A stretch of DNA of 47,132 bases from Chitinophaga pinensis (lineage in GTDB: Bacteria; Bacteroidota; Bacteroidia; AKYH767-A; OLB10). Within the stretch, counting starts at the first letter, position 1; the number at the start of each line of letters is the position of its first letter. Positions 1 to 9,927 of the stretch are shown here, one piece after another. The position numbers and the translations under genes are program-made. Location of the stretch: contig CAMBYJ010000001.1 of NCBI GenBank assembly GCA_945872015.1, forward strand, positions 1-47,132, read 5' to 3'. The notes below the pieces were generated by a model. It searched no databases, was not told the origin of the DNA, and was given only the letters and a program-made list of their open reading frames with translations.

Positions 1-3000
1 CTGCTTCAGTAACTACTACTTTATATGTTCCTGTTGTAAGATTTGAAACATCTTCTGTTGTTGCGCCATTAGACCATACAATTGAATAAGGAGAAACTCC
101 ACCAGAAATTGTCAAATTAATTGAACCAGTAGCATCATTCTTACATAAAACGTTTGTTGATGAAGAAGATAATGTTGGAGGAGTGCAAGAACAGTCTTGT
201 AACACTAAAGTTGTTGTAGTTGTTTCTGTACATCCATTAGCATAAGTAACAACAACTGTATACACCTTAGCACCTGCCTCTGATAAAGCAAATACTGTTG
301 TAGGAACTGTAGGGTTTTGTTGTGTAGATGTAAATCCATTAGGACCAGACCACGACCATGAGGTACCATTGTTAACACTTAGTGTTGCATCAGTACCAAT
401 ACATGTAGGACCACCGTTTGATGCAATTGGAGTATTAGATGCTGGTTGAGTAATTGATACATTGCTTGATAATGTACATCCATTTCCATCAGTAGCTGTT
501 ACAGTATATGTTCCAATACTTAATCCTGTTTGAGTAGCAGTAGCACTTCCTGCAGACCAAATATAGTTTACTGTAGTGTTTGAACTTGAAGCTAACGCTA
601 CCGCACTTCCGTCAGATGAACCAAAGCAATTTGCATTTGTTCCATTGATCGACAATGAAGACATTGTAGATAATGATGCATCGCTATTGGTAAGCCTTGT
701 TAAACCACGTCGAACAAGATTTGTTGTATTCGCACCTGAAGGCCAAATACCATCTGCATCGGTAATTGAATTAAGAATATTATTTTGTAAGTCTCGAGTT
801 TCAATTCTCAAAATTCCAGTTGCACTTAATGCAGCAACAGGAACTACAGCAGCGAAAGTTCCAGGACTTGAAACGTTTCTGTAAATAGAATCAACTGCTA
901 TAGGAAACTCTGAGTAAGTAAGTTGAGTAGCTGAAGAAGTTACCGCTTGGAAAGCATATAAAGGATTTCCTGTGCCATCAACATTATCATAAACTAGAAC
1001 TAACTTTCCACCCATACAAGAATTTAAAGCACCTGTAACGAAAGCACCGTCATCTGATGTAGTAGCAGTTAATGCTGAAGTTGCAATATCTAATGAAGTG
1101 ATTGTATTAGAAGAAATAAAATTTGGTGTAGTACCTAATACTGAATTACTATATGCAATTCTTAAATTATGAATCTGACCAGCGCCAAAGCGAGTTGAGT
1201 TTCCACTTGGTTGAATATAAATCCAAACAGGTCCACTACTACCACTTGTATCTGTTGTAAATGCACTAGGGATGTTTAATCCATAGCTTGATCCATTCCA
1301 AACACCGCCTGCTCCCATTGTTGTATTAGCCTCTGTTGTTACTGCTAATCCAGCACCTAAATTATAAATTGTATTAGGCAATAAGTTATCCAAACGAACA
1401 CAAAAAGCTACTGGCGTTCTTGCGTTATTAACTGCAGAACCAGTTTTCGATCCCATGTATTTCGGAATCACTAGCTCTGTCATTGTTGGCGTTAATGTGA
1501 TAATTAAATTTGAACTAAATGCTGACGATAAACTACCTGAACTTGCTTGCAAAACATAGGTTCCAGCAGCAGAGAATTGAATACCACTAAATGTCGCCAC
1601 ACCATTAACGAAGTTTGCGGTAAGGGTACCCGTTATACTTCCCGAAGGTCCAGAAGAAACCGAAATAGTTGCAGTACCATTGTAATAAATATCTATCGTG
1701 TTATCTGCTCTAAATGCAGTAACATCAAAATTAGGAATTACCGTATTAATTGGAACTCCCGGAGTTAAATTAGAAATTGCTAATGAATTTGCAACACCAT
1801 TTACATCAAAACTAGGTGAGTAGGCAGTACCTAAAGCATCACCAGCAGTTACATCAGCTTGTAGTTGTACTCCGTAATCTGCCACATCATACAATACTCC
1901 TGTAATTGTAACTTGATTTGATCCTGCGGTAATTGTGCCTGATAATGTTCCACCTAAATTTCCAATACCTGAGAATAATGTTAAGTCGATTGTAGTTGCA
2001 GCTGAAACTACCTGCGGACTATTATTATTATCCTGCGCTTGAATTGTAATTGAAAAAGGTGTGTTTTCTAAAATAGGATTGCCTCCATTTAAAGAAGTAA
2101 CAACAATTTTTGTTGGAAGCTGAGGGGCTGCTGTAACTTGTGAATTTGGATTTTGTAGTGCAGTTGCAGTACTATATTTTGTAGCTGTACTATTTCCATT
2201 GTATGCAAACACTCTGAAAAAATAATTTGTAGATGCAGTTAAACCAGCTACATTAACTGTTGAACCACTTCCATTATAAACAACTTGTTGTCCTGAACCA
2301 GCATAAACATTATTTGCTGTATAATTACTACCATCTACAGGGTTTGTAAAACTGTTTGCTGTATTCATCACAACCATTCTAGATGTTGCATCGCCATTCG
2401 TCCAATTTACATCCATTGATGTAGTCAATATATTAGAGAAATTTATTGCGCTATCTTGGGCCAAAGGTGTAGATGGTCCTTCAGCAGAAAATGTTAAACT
2501 ATCAATTGCCAATCCATCATCTGTACCTGTTTCATCAACATCATTCCAGCGTATCGTTAATGTTTGTCCTGGTAACCAGTAGCTATCCAACGTAAAAGTG
2601 CTTGTTATTACGGCACGGTTAGCAGTTGCATTTCCATCTAAAGCTGCTGCTGTTCCAGTTACAGGTGTTGGCGTAGAAAAATCTAAAGAAGGAACCGTTG
2701 TAAATCCAGTAGCATTAATAGAAGACTCTCCTACTTTATAAGCGAATAACATTTTATTAAAACTTCCGCTTCCTCCACGGCGCCAGTTTTCTCCAACATA
2801 GGTGATAGTAACTTTATTTAATTGATTCGTTGAATTATTAACAAAGGTTGCTCCTACTGATCCTAAATAAGCACTACTTGCTAAGCATCCGATTGCGCGA
2901 TCCGTTGAACTTGCTGTTCCATAATTGTAATTAGATCCAGAAGATGATGTACCTGCATCTGTATTTAATCTAACATCCAAAGGAACTGTTGTACCTCCAA

Positions 3001-5662
3001 TAGCAGCAATCTGCCAACCTGTTATACCTGTTGCGTTTATTGGGGAAGAGGTAAGATAATAAGGCCCTTGACCAAATCCTGTGGTGCTAAATGTTCCTGT
3101 AGAAGGCAAAGTGTTAAAGTCTTGGAAGTAATTACCACTTGTATAAGAAATATTTGAAGGCGATACTGCAGATGCCGATGCGCCTGTGCTTCTATAATTT
3201 AACGTTGCTCCAGTACCGTTATATTCGAAAACAGTTACGTTGAAATTAGAACCCGCAGAGAATCCAGTAATTTTTGCAGAAGTAGCATTTCCCTGGTAAA
3301 CTAATTTATTCCCACTTCCTAAATCGAATGCACTAGCTAAATTAAGATTAGCGCCTGAGTAGGTTGTCGCATCAACAGGAGAAAAACTTACAGCACCAGT
3401 AGTGTTTACTACAACGATTCTGTTTGCGCCATTACCACTTGTAAAATTTACGTAGGCTGTATCTGCAGTGATTCTTGTTACGGATACAAATGAGTTTGTT
3501 GTTGGCTCTGTTGCTAATGTAGTTGCTGATGTAGTTGCAGGAGAAGCCTGTAAATAATTAATTGTTGTTGTAGAACCATTATACTCATAAACTGCAAAAT
3601 GATAAATAGTATTTGCAGATAATCCACTAACGGTTACGGATGTCCCCGAACCATCAAAGACAATTTTATTTGACGAACCTTGATCAGTTGCCAATGTCCA
3701 ATTTGCATTCACACCTGTTGCTGCTATTGCATCTGTTGGGACAAAAGATACAGCTGCTGTTGATGCAACTAAAATTCTTCCCTCACCATTACCTCCATCC
3801 ATAGAAAATGTAAGTGAATTAGCAGTTGCAGATGTTACCGACAATACAGATTGTGTTGTTGGTGCTGCATTAATAGCACTACCATTTAAATTAATGGTTT
3901 GATCGGTTGCTCCTGGAGAACTATGCGTTAATGTACCAGAATACGTACCTGATGTTGCTGCATTTAATCGAACATATACTGTTGTTGAAGCAACACTTCC
4001 TCCACTTTGATTGACAGTAACAGCACTTGACCATGAAGAATTATCTAACGATACTTGATAACTTGAAGAAGCGGTTACAGTAATATTATCTGTTAAATTA
4101 CTTCCCGCTACAGTATATGATTGTGAAGTTGAAGGCACTAATGCTTCACCAATAAAATTGGTGAATGACGATGTTACTGCAATTGTTGGTGACACATTCG
4201 TATTAATTGTGAATGTTTGGCCAGATGAAGTTCCTCCTCCTGGAGCTGGGTTTGTTATTGTAACCGTTGCCGTTCCAGCACTTGCAATATCTGCAGCAGT
4301 AATAGAAGCTGTTAACGTTGTTGCATTAACAAATGTGGTTGTCTTTGCAGAACCATTCCAATTAATTACTGAACTTGAATAAAAATTTGTTCCTGTTGCC
4401 GTTAAAGTAAATGTTGATCCACCAGCAAAAACACTTGCAGGACTTATTGAAGTTAACGTAGGTGTTGGGAAATTGATGGTAGTAGAATTCGGATTGCCTG
4501 TTGCTGTTGTTGTATTGAATGGAACTCCAGTGGTATTATACTCATACGCTCTGAAAAAATAGGTTTGGCCTGCAACTAATCCTGTAACATCTACCGTAGA
4601 TCCTGTTCCTGCATACACCACTTGTTCACCTGAACTATATACTGAATTTGCAGATGGAACTGTACCATCTGTTGGATTAGTAAATGTATTTACAGTATTA
4701 GCTTTTATTATCCTTCCATTTCCATTTCCATTGGTCCAACTTACTGTTGTACTTGTAGCTGATGCATTAGTAAATGTAATTGACGATGCTTGGGTTGTAG
4801 GCGCTACTGCTGCGGCTGGAGTTACTGAAGCCCACGTTGTACCTACACGGACTTCATCCATTTCAATAAAAGGTGTTGTAGTAGCTGCTGCTTGTCTTAA
4901 AAAGGTTTGAGATACAGCAGCCAGATCAGTTCCTGAGACTGCTGTTGCGCTTGGTGTTGGCTCAGAGGCAGCACCGAAAGCAGTAGTATTTAGCCAAATT
5001 TTAGAAATATCATTCGTTGTTCCTGAAACAATTTGATAGGCACTTACAACAAAATTCGGTGTACCTACCGCAAAATCTGTAGTTAACCAATTAATTGTAG
5101 AGGATGTTGTAGCAGAAATTCCGATATTATATTTAGTTGCATCAACAGCACTTTTTCTTAGTTGAATAATTCCTCCAAAAGTTGTAGAGGTTGAAGCAAA
5201 ACCTGTAAAATATGTCCCAGTTGTATTTAAAGAACCAAGAGAGGAAACATTCAATATAAACGATAAATATACCGTAGTACCTGCAGTATTTTGTAATGTA
5301 AAGGCTCTGTTTGCATCAGTTCCTGTACCATCAAAAGCGATTTTATTTCCAGAAGAAGCCGCTAATCCCGTATAAGAAAGACTTCCTGATGTTACTAAGA
5401 TTGAGTCGCCTGTATTAACATTCTGCCAGGCACCAGAACTTTGCCCTTGAATACCACCAGTTGCACTAGCCGTATAGTTAAATGGTTCTGAGATGAGTTG
5501 TTGTGCATTAATTTGCTCGACACTTGTTCCTAAGATGAACAAAACAAGCAAAATTGTGAGCGAATTCCTTTCGAGAATTTTAATTGTGTTCAACGAGCGC
5601 AATAAGCGCTGAAGTTGTTGAACAAAATTTGATAGATTAGGCAATAAGTACCAATTTTTCAT
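1..5662 (-). CDS. Giant secreted cell-surface repeat protein (FN3-like modules plus SprB-type repeats; adhesin-like, probable T9SS cargo). The 5' end is complete; the 3' end runs off the window (at least 1887 codons).
   Basis: Absent from the ORF track because no stop codon lies inside the window. The minus-strand frame whose codons end at position 2 showed no stop in any stretch I hand-translated (2-300, 422-660, 2162-2470, 3542-3860, 4442-4860, 5461-5662), and I saw none elsewhere by eye. The ATG is the complement of 5660-5662. The N-terminus reads [55 protein letters not shown]. Hand translation gives SprB-type repeats [49 protein letters not shown] (2-145) and [32 protein letters not shown] (476-628). 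Confidence 0.85.
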   Translation of the reverse strand, partial: MKNWYLLPNLSNFVQQLQRLLRSLNTIKILERNSLTILLVLFILGTSVEQINAQQLISEPFNYTASATGGIQGQSSGAWQNVNTGDSILVTSGSLSYTGLAASSGNKIAFDGTGTDANRAFTLQNTAGTTVYLSFILNVSSLGSLNTTGTYFTGFASTSTTFGGIIQLRKSAVDATKYNIGISATTSSTINWLTTDFAVGTPNFVVSAYQIVSGTTNDISKIWLNTTAFGAASEPTPSATAVSGTDLAAVSQTFLRQAAATTTPFIEMDEVRVGTTWASVTPAAAVAPTTQASSITFTNASATSTTVSWTNGNGNGRIIKANTVNTFTNPTDGTVPSANSVYSSGEQVVYAGTGSTVDVTGLVAGQTYFFRAYEYNTTGVPFNTTTATGNPNSTTINFPTPTLTSISPASVFAGGSTFTLTATGTNFYSSSVINWNGSAKTTTFVNATTLTASITAADIASAGTATVTITNPAPGGGTSSGQTFTINTNVSPTIAVTSSFTNFIGEALVPSTSQSYTVAGSNLTDNITVTASSSYQVSLDNSSWSSAVTVNQSGGSVASTTVYVRLNAATSGTYSGTLTHSSPGATDQTINLNGSAINAAPTTQSVLSVTSATANSLTFSMDGGNGEGRILVASTAAVSFVPTDAIAATGVNANWTLATDQGSSNKIVFDGSGTSVTVSGLSANTIYHFAVYEYNGSTTTINYLQASPATTSATTLATEPTTNSFVSVTRITADTAYVNFTSGNGANRIVVVNTTGAVSFSPVDATTYSGANLNLASAFDLGSGNKLVYQGNATSAKITGFSAGSNFNVTVFEYNGTGATLNYRSTGASASAVSPSNISYTSGNYFQDFNTLPSTGTFSTTGFGQGPYYLTSSPINATGITGWQIAAIGGTTVPLDVRLNTDAGTSSSGSNYNYGTASSTDRAIGCLASSAYLGSVGATFVNNSTNQLNKVTITYVGENWRRGGSGSFNKMLFAYKVGESSINATGFTTVPSLDFSTPTPVTGTAAALDGNATANRAVITSTFTLDSYWLPGQTLTIRWNDVDETGTDDGLAIDSLTFSAEGPSTPLAQDSAINFSNILTTSMDVNWTNGDATSRMVVMNTANSFTNPVDGSNYTANNVYAGSGQQVVYNGSGSTVNVAGLTASTNYFFRVFAYNGNSTATKYSTATALQNPNSQVTAAPQLPTKIVVTSLNGGNPILENTPFSITIQAQDNNNSPQVVSAATTIDLTLFSGIGNLGGTLSGTITAGSNQVTITGVLYDVADYGVQLQADVTAGDALGTAYSPSFDVNGVANSLAISNLTPGVPINTVIPNFDVTAFRADNTIDIYYNGTATISVSSGPSGSITGTLTANFVNGVATFSGIQFSAAGTYVLQASSGSLSSAFSSNLIITLTPTMTELVIPKYMGSKTGSAVNNARTPVAFCVRLDNLLPNTIYNLGAGLAVTTEANTTMGAGGVWNGSSYGLNIPSAFTTDTSGSSGPVWIYIQPSGNSTRFGAGQIHNLRIAYSNSVLGTTPNFISSNTITSLDIATSALTATTSDDGAFVTGALNSCMGGKLVLVYDNVDGTGNPLYAFQAVTSSATQLTYSEFPIAVDSIYRNVSSPGTFAAVVPVAALSATGILRIETRDLQNNILNSITDADGIWPSGANTTNLVRRGLTRLTNSDASLSTMSSLSINGTNANCFGSSDGSAVALASSSNTTVNYIWSAGSATATQTGLSIGTYTVTATDGNGCTLSSNVSITQPASNTPIASNGGPTCIGTDATLSVNNGTSWSWSGPNGFTSTQQNPTVPTTVFALSEAGAKVYTVVVTYANGCTETTTTTLVLQDCSCTPPTLSSSSTNVLCKNDATGSINLTISGGVSPYSIVWSNGATTEDVSNLTTGTYKVVVTEA
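2162..4815 (-). repeat. Four diverged FN3-like modules of about 100 aa inside the giant gene (protein-level repeats).
   Basis: Three modules were hand-translated. At about 2162-2470: [64 protein letters not shown]. At about 3545-3850: [65 protein letters not shown]. At about 4505-4815: [67 protein letters not shown] fourth module at about 3185-3510 was read by eye only. The shared pattern is W/M-T/D-x-G-x-G..R-hhh..G-L..Y-x-F-x-V/A-x-x-Y-N. Confidence 0.7.
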
Positions 5663-5774
5663 ACTTAATATTTTGAGGTTGGGTTAGCTTATATTGGATT
5701 AATAATAACATGCAAGAAACATTATTCAGATTAACTAATTGTTAAACTGTCATAATTATTATTGGCAATTGTTA

Positions 5775-8768
5775 TTACTGAATTATTAATGGTTTGGTTA
5801 GTTGATGAATTCCATCAGATATCCTAAGCATGTACATACCTTGCTTAAGGTTTTTCAAATGGACCACCAATTTACCGCTCTCATCTGATGTGTGCAAATC
5901 TTTTTGCACCAAAGCGCCTAAATTGTTGAAAATTTCTACTGAAAAAGTCTCCCCATTAATAAAAAGCCCCTGCTCAACAAATACATCAGTACTTGCCGGC
6001 TGTGGGTAAAGATTTAAAAATTGACTACCCAACGATTTAACATCTTTCAATGCTATGACATTGCTATTTGAAAATTGTCCGTCGAAATCGACTTGCTTCA
6101 AACGATAATAAGCCACCTTATTGATAGGCTTTATATCAATAAACTGATAATTCAAAAACGAATTAGAGTTGCCTGCACCATCTATCTTACCTATTTGCGT
6201 GAAGTTTTGTGCATCTTCACTTCTTTCCAAAATAAAATAATCATTGTCTTTTTCAGATGCTGTTACCCATGATAAAACGCTCTGATTGTTGATGTATTTC
6301 CCTCTAAAATCGACGAGCTCAATTGGTAGTGGCAATGGACCCATTGGAGAAATATTGCTAACCAACGACCATACTCTGTTTAATGATGGGTTCGGAATTA
6401 CAACCGCATTTGAAACATTATAACCTACAACAGGCAAAGCCCAAGAGCTATTGGCACCGTCCCAATATTGCGCACGAATAGAATCGGCGATATTGAAAGG
6501 GGCCGCAGGCAGTTCTGAAGGAGAAGCGTAGGTTAAAACAATAGAGTCGTTTGTTACATTCGGAGATGTAAATCCTACATACCAAAAACGATCTGCTGTT
6601 GCATCGCGGTTATCAGGACTAAGATTAGTAGATGAATTTAAATTAGATATTCCATAGGGAGCTGCCGTTGGCCAAGGCAAATTAGTAGCTGGCGTTCCAT
6701 AAGTAGAAACGGTCATTGTATCTACCTGAACATTTGGACCAACCGTAAAAGCAAATGGGGTATAGTTAGCAGAACCTGATCCTTTTGCGAATGGAATTGC
6801 ATATCTAGTATAGGCATTTGTAGTACCAATATTCCAACGCACTTTTGAATTGAAATTGCCGGTTTCTCCTAGAATATATCTTGCTGTTGTTGGTGAAATA
6901 GTTGTTATTCCGTTATTTAAGGGAGATAAAACATTTAATGTATTACCATTTAAATTAACTCTACCATTACTTGCTATGGATAATTGTGTTCTTACTGTAA
7001 CATCAGATAAAAATTTTACTTCTGATGAATCTGTTTTTTGATATCTGAGTACGGGAAATACCTCTCCTGATGGACAAAATATAGTAGAAACTCCTGTTCT
7101 GTTAAACGTAACTGTTGGAAGGTTTACATTTTCTATAAAAGCCGAATCATGATAATTGATCCAATTACCACCAATTGACAAAGTGGAAGAAACTGTTCCA
7201 TTAAATTTTGGTGCTCCTGCTACATTTGAAATTTCAAAATTGTTAAAAATAGAGTAAGCCGAAGTAGCAATTTCAGATTTTGTCCCATACCCTGAAATTT
7301 TCAAATTCCCATAGTAGCCTGATGAGACATTCGTCGTTAAAATTACAGGAACATTTTGATTCCCCTTACCTGAAAATTCAGTAAAACTTCCAGCCTGAAT
7401 GTCATACGTATTAGCCACATAATTTAAAGCTGTTGAGAATCCAGGCAAACCAAAAACTTCAAATTTACCTCCTGTTGCTACTCTAAACGTATGCTTTGCT
7501 GTTCCACTTGCTGAGGTTAAAACATTTCCAACTTTTAAAAGTCCACCATTATTCACCGTCCAAGTAACAGATGAATCAGCAACAGTGCTTCCATTGTTTG
7601 TTGTCAGATATAAAAATCCAGAAACCAGCATAGTGCCGTTAATTATGAAAGAACCTGCTGATGCGCCTGGCGCTGTTCCCGTAATACCATCAACTGCTGC
7701 ATTCCCGTCAGATAAAAAATAAATTGTTCCACTTACAGGACCAGTATTAGGCAAACTTAATTGCATATTGTAAGTTGGCCCTGTGCCTGATACACTTACA
7801 ACATATGCCCCTGGTGCAATCCCGTTTCCATAAACCCTACAATTAGCAATTGATCCTGGTACTCCGAACGTAGTTCCGAAGTATGAAGTTATAGCAGCAG
7901 TATTGGTAATTTGATTTCCACCAAACGTTAAAGTATTGGCAGCATTGGTTACTAATGGATTTTGCGATAAAGCAAAAGTTGTCAAATTAGTAACACTTGT
8001 AACAGTAGTCCCAGGTATTATACCTGCACCTGAAACCATCATACCGATTGAAATGCCTACTGTAGAAGAAGTAGTTACTGAAGTATTACCTGCTATCGTT
8101 GAGCAACTTAAATTTAGCGTTGCAGATGAACCTGTAGCCTGGCATTCGGCAGAAACTGTTGAATCCAAGGTTAGAGTGGCGCCAGCTGCAACGATTACAT
8201 TGAATCGCGTTCCTGTAGATCCTGCTGCATTGTTTGCATTATTGTATATCTGCGTCTGACGGCCACCACAAAATCGCAACTTCACGTCGCGCTCTATAGA
8301 TAAATTAGTAATTAAATTACTTGCATCGTTTTTACGAATCCTCGAAGCATCGAATGAACCGGAAGATCCTAGTATTCGACAATTAGCTCCGTAGATATTA
8401 AACGAAATCCCATCAAATGTAGCACCATTACCAATTGTACCATTACACATCAAGGTATCTCCATTAACGTTTACATATACGTTCACAAAGCCATTACAAA
8501 ATAACTTGCCACCTGCATCCACGACTAAATCGGCACAAGGCGCTCCTGATGTGGAAACGGTAATTGTATGTCCATTAAGAATTTTAACATTATTGCTTGC
8601 ATTTGGTGCAGAAGCTGCGGCAAGCCAAGCTGTGCCATTCCATGATTGCCATGTAGCTGCTGTTGACCATAACCCAGATGCAACAGACCTATAATCTCCT
8701 ACTGCTTGCGAAAAACCCTTTCCGGCAATTGTCGAAAAAAAAAGAAAGAGCAATAGCAGTTTTTTCAT
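5775..8768 (-). CDS. Secreted surface protein (997 aa) with a type-A T9SS C-terminal sorting domain.
   Basis: The signal peptide is MKKLLLLFLFFSTIAGKGFSQA. The protein is Thr/Ser/Gly/Asn-rich and predicted beta-rich. The C-terminus LYPQPASTDVFV..FSVEIFNNLGALV..LKQGMYMLRISDGIHQLTKPLIIQ matches the Por_Secre_tail pattern. Confidence 0.8.
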   Translation of the reverse strand: MKKLLLLFLFFSTIAGKGFSQAVGDYRSVASGLWSTAATWQSWNGTAWLAAASAPNASNNVKILNGHTITVSTSGAPCADLVVDAGGKLFCNGFVNVYVNVNGDTLMCNGTIGNGATFDGISFNIYGANCRILGSSGSFDASRIRKNDASNLITNLSIERDVKLRFCGGRQTQIYNNANNAAGSTGTRFNVIVAAGATLTLDSTVSAECQATGSSATLNLSCSTIAGNTSVTTSSTVGISIGMMVSGAGIIPGTTVTSVTNLTTFALSQNPLVTNAANTLTFGGNQITNTAAITSYFGTTFGVPGSIANCRVYGNGIAPGAYVVSVSGTGPTYNMQLSLPNTGPVSGTIYFLSDGNAAVDGITGTAPGASAGSFIINGTMLVSGFLYLTTNNGSTVADSSVTWTVNNGGLLKVGNVLTSASGTAKHTFRVATGGKFEVFGLPGFSTALNYVANTYDIQAGSFTEFSGKGNQNVPVILTTNVSSGYYGNLKISGYGTKSEIATSAYSIFNNFEISNVAGAPKFNGTVSSTLSIGGNWINYHDSAFIENVNLPTVTFNRTGVSTIFCPSGEVFPVLRYQKTDSSEVKFLSDVTVRTQLSIASNGRVNLNGNTLNVLSPLNNGITTISPTTARYILGETGNFNSKVRWNIGTTNAYTRYAIPFAKGSGSANYTPFAFTVGPNVQVDTMTVSTYGTPATNLPWPTAAPYGISNLNSSTNLSPDNRDATADRFWYVGFTSPNVTNDSIVLTYASPSELPAAPFNIADSIRAQYWDGANSSWALPVVGYNVSNAVVIPNPSLNRVWSLVSNISPMGPLPLPIELVDFRGKYINNQSVLSWVTASEKDNDYFILERSEDAQNFTQIGKIDGAGNSNSFLNYQFIDIKPINKVAYYRLKQVDFDGQFSNSNVIALKDVKSLGSQFLNLYPQPASTDVFVEQGLFINGETFSVEIFNNLGALVQKDLHTSDESGKLVVHLKNLKQGMYMLRISDGIHQLTKPLIIQ

Positions 8769-8809
8769 TAAAACTTATAAGTGATTTTTATGATTCTTAT
8801 TCCGCTTGA

Positions 8810-8817
8810 CAAATGTA
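8810..8817 (-). promoter_or_regulatory. Candidate Bacteroidota -7 box (TACATTTG in gene sense) for the 997-aa gene.
   Basis: The plus strand reads CAAATGTA, which is TAnnTTTG on the minus strand, 42 nt upstream of the ATG at 8768. No well-spaced -33 TTTG is present. Confidence 0.3.
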
Positions 8818-9013
8818 ATCAAACCAAATTGCATCTGACTTATGAAATTGTTATTTTTAGGATAACAAAATACGACAAACTCATCGGAATTACTTGATTT
8901 TTATCTGAATGAGGGATTTTATAGGGTGAACAAGGCTATGCACCCGATGGAATTAGTCTTATTTTTATCTATTTTTAGCAAAGTTTTGTTGTTCCCTAAA
9001 AACCAATCCACGT

Positions 9014-9925
9014 ATGTCTTTAGAAAATAAAGAGTCACAGTCGAAAAAAACAATCGTAATTGTCATTATTTCCCTCTTACTAGGGGTAAATGGTTTACTG
9101 TTATGGCAGTTTTTCAATAAGAAAACAGACTTACAACAAACAACAGTTGCTTTAAAAAATACAACTACTGAAAAAGAAACGTTAAACTCCGAACTTCAAA
9201 AAGTAAAGTTTGAATTTGATAAGTTAAATCAGGAAAATGCCGGATTACAAAATCTTCTAACCTCGAAAGACGAAGAAATTAGAGGTAAGATAGCAGAAAT
9301 TCAGCGCCTTATTAACTCTGGTGATGCTGCTCAACTGAAAAAAGCAAAGGAGGAAATCGCGAATTTGAAACAACTAAGCCAAAACTATATTGCACAAATT
9401 GATTCTCTTAAAGCTGCTAATCTAGACCTATCAAACCAAAATACTTCGCTTAATCAGGATTTAACTTCTGCCAATTCAAAAGTAGGGTCGCTAACACAAG
9501 AGAACAGTTCACTATCGAATAAAGTAGCTATTGCCTCTGTTCTAAAAACGGTTAATGCAATTGCATCAGGAGTAAGATACAAAGGAAGTGGAAAAGAAAT
9601 TGAAACCACAAAAGCAAAGCAAACCGATCGTATTAAAACCTGCTTTACTATTATCGAAAATCAGGTAGTAGATAAAGGTGCTAAAGATATTTACCTTCGA
9701 ATTATTGGTCCTGATGGAACAATACTTTCTACCTCTAACGAAACGTTCATGTTAAAAGGACAAGCTTCCATTTATACAATTCGTCAGACTATTTTTTACG
9801 AAAACAAGAATACTAATTTGTGTATTTACTGGGAAAAAGGAAATGCATACAGCTTAGGTAAGTATACAATTGAAATTTATTGCGAAGGAAATCAAATTGG
9901 AAGTGCCGCGGTTACACTTAAATAG
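9014..9925 (+). CDS. Membrane-anchored coiled-coil protein with a C-terminal beta-rich globular domain (function unknown).
   Basis: An N-terminal TM segment (KKTIVIVIISLLLGVNGLLLWQFF) is followed by about 130 aa of heptad-like Q/N/L/K/E-rich sequence and then a domain of about 120 aa (..IYLRIIGPDGTIL..YTIEIYCEGNQIG..). Confidence 0.7.
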   Translation: MSLENKESQSKKTIVIVIISLLLGVNGLLLWQFFNKKTDLQQTTVALKNTTTEKETLNSELQKVKFEFDKLNQENAGLQNLLTSKDEEIRGKIAEIQRLINSGDAAQLKKAKEEIANLKQLSQNYIAQIDSLKAANLDLSNQNTSLNQDLTSANSKVGSLTQENSSLSNKVAIASVLKTVNAIASGVRYKGSGKEIETTKAKQTDRIKTCFTIIENQVVDKGAKDIYLRIIGPDGTILSTSNETFMLKGQASIYTIRQTIFYENKNTNLCIYWEKGNAYSLGKYTIEIYCEGNQIGSAAVTLK

Positions 9926-9927
9926 TT

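Noticed and set aside
576-4382. Track ORFs 576-884, 1547-1768 and 4158-4382 on the plus strand.
   Set aside because: They lie antisense within the continuous 5.66-kb minus-strand reading frame of the giant adhesin gene. They are short, have no motifs, and their composition mirrors the Thr/Gly/Ser-rich opposite strand. I treat them as shadow ORFs.
6075-8694. Short plus-strand ORFs inside the 997-aa gene. Similar antisense or alternative-frame ORFs sit inside other long genes (13951-14160, 14997-15383, 19553-19973, 22989-23177, 23532-23792, 24157-24387, 26003-26272, 26673-27327, 27818-28270, 28905-29542, 31996-34159, 36991-37257, 38495-38791, 39358-39747, 41644-41871, 42451-42636, 44813-45040).
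   Set aside because: All are nested in or opposite to longer ORFs that carry clear family motifs or signal peptides. None has a motif or promoter of its own.
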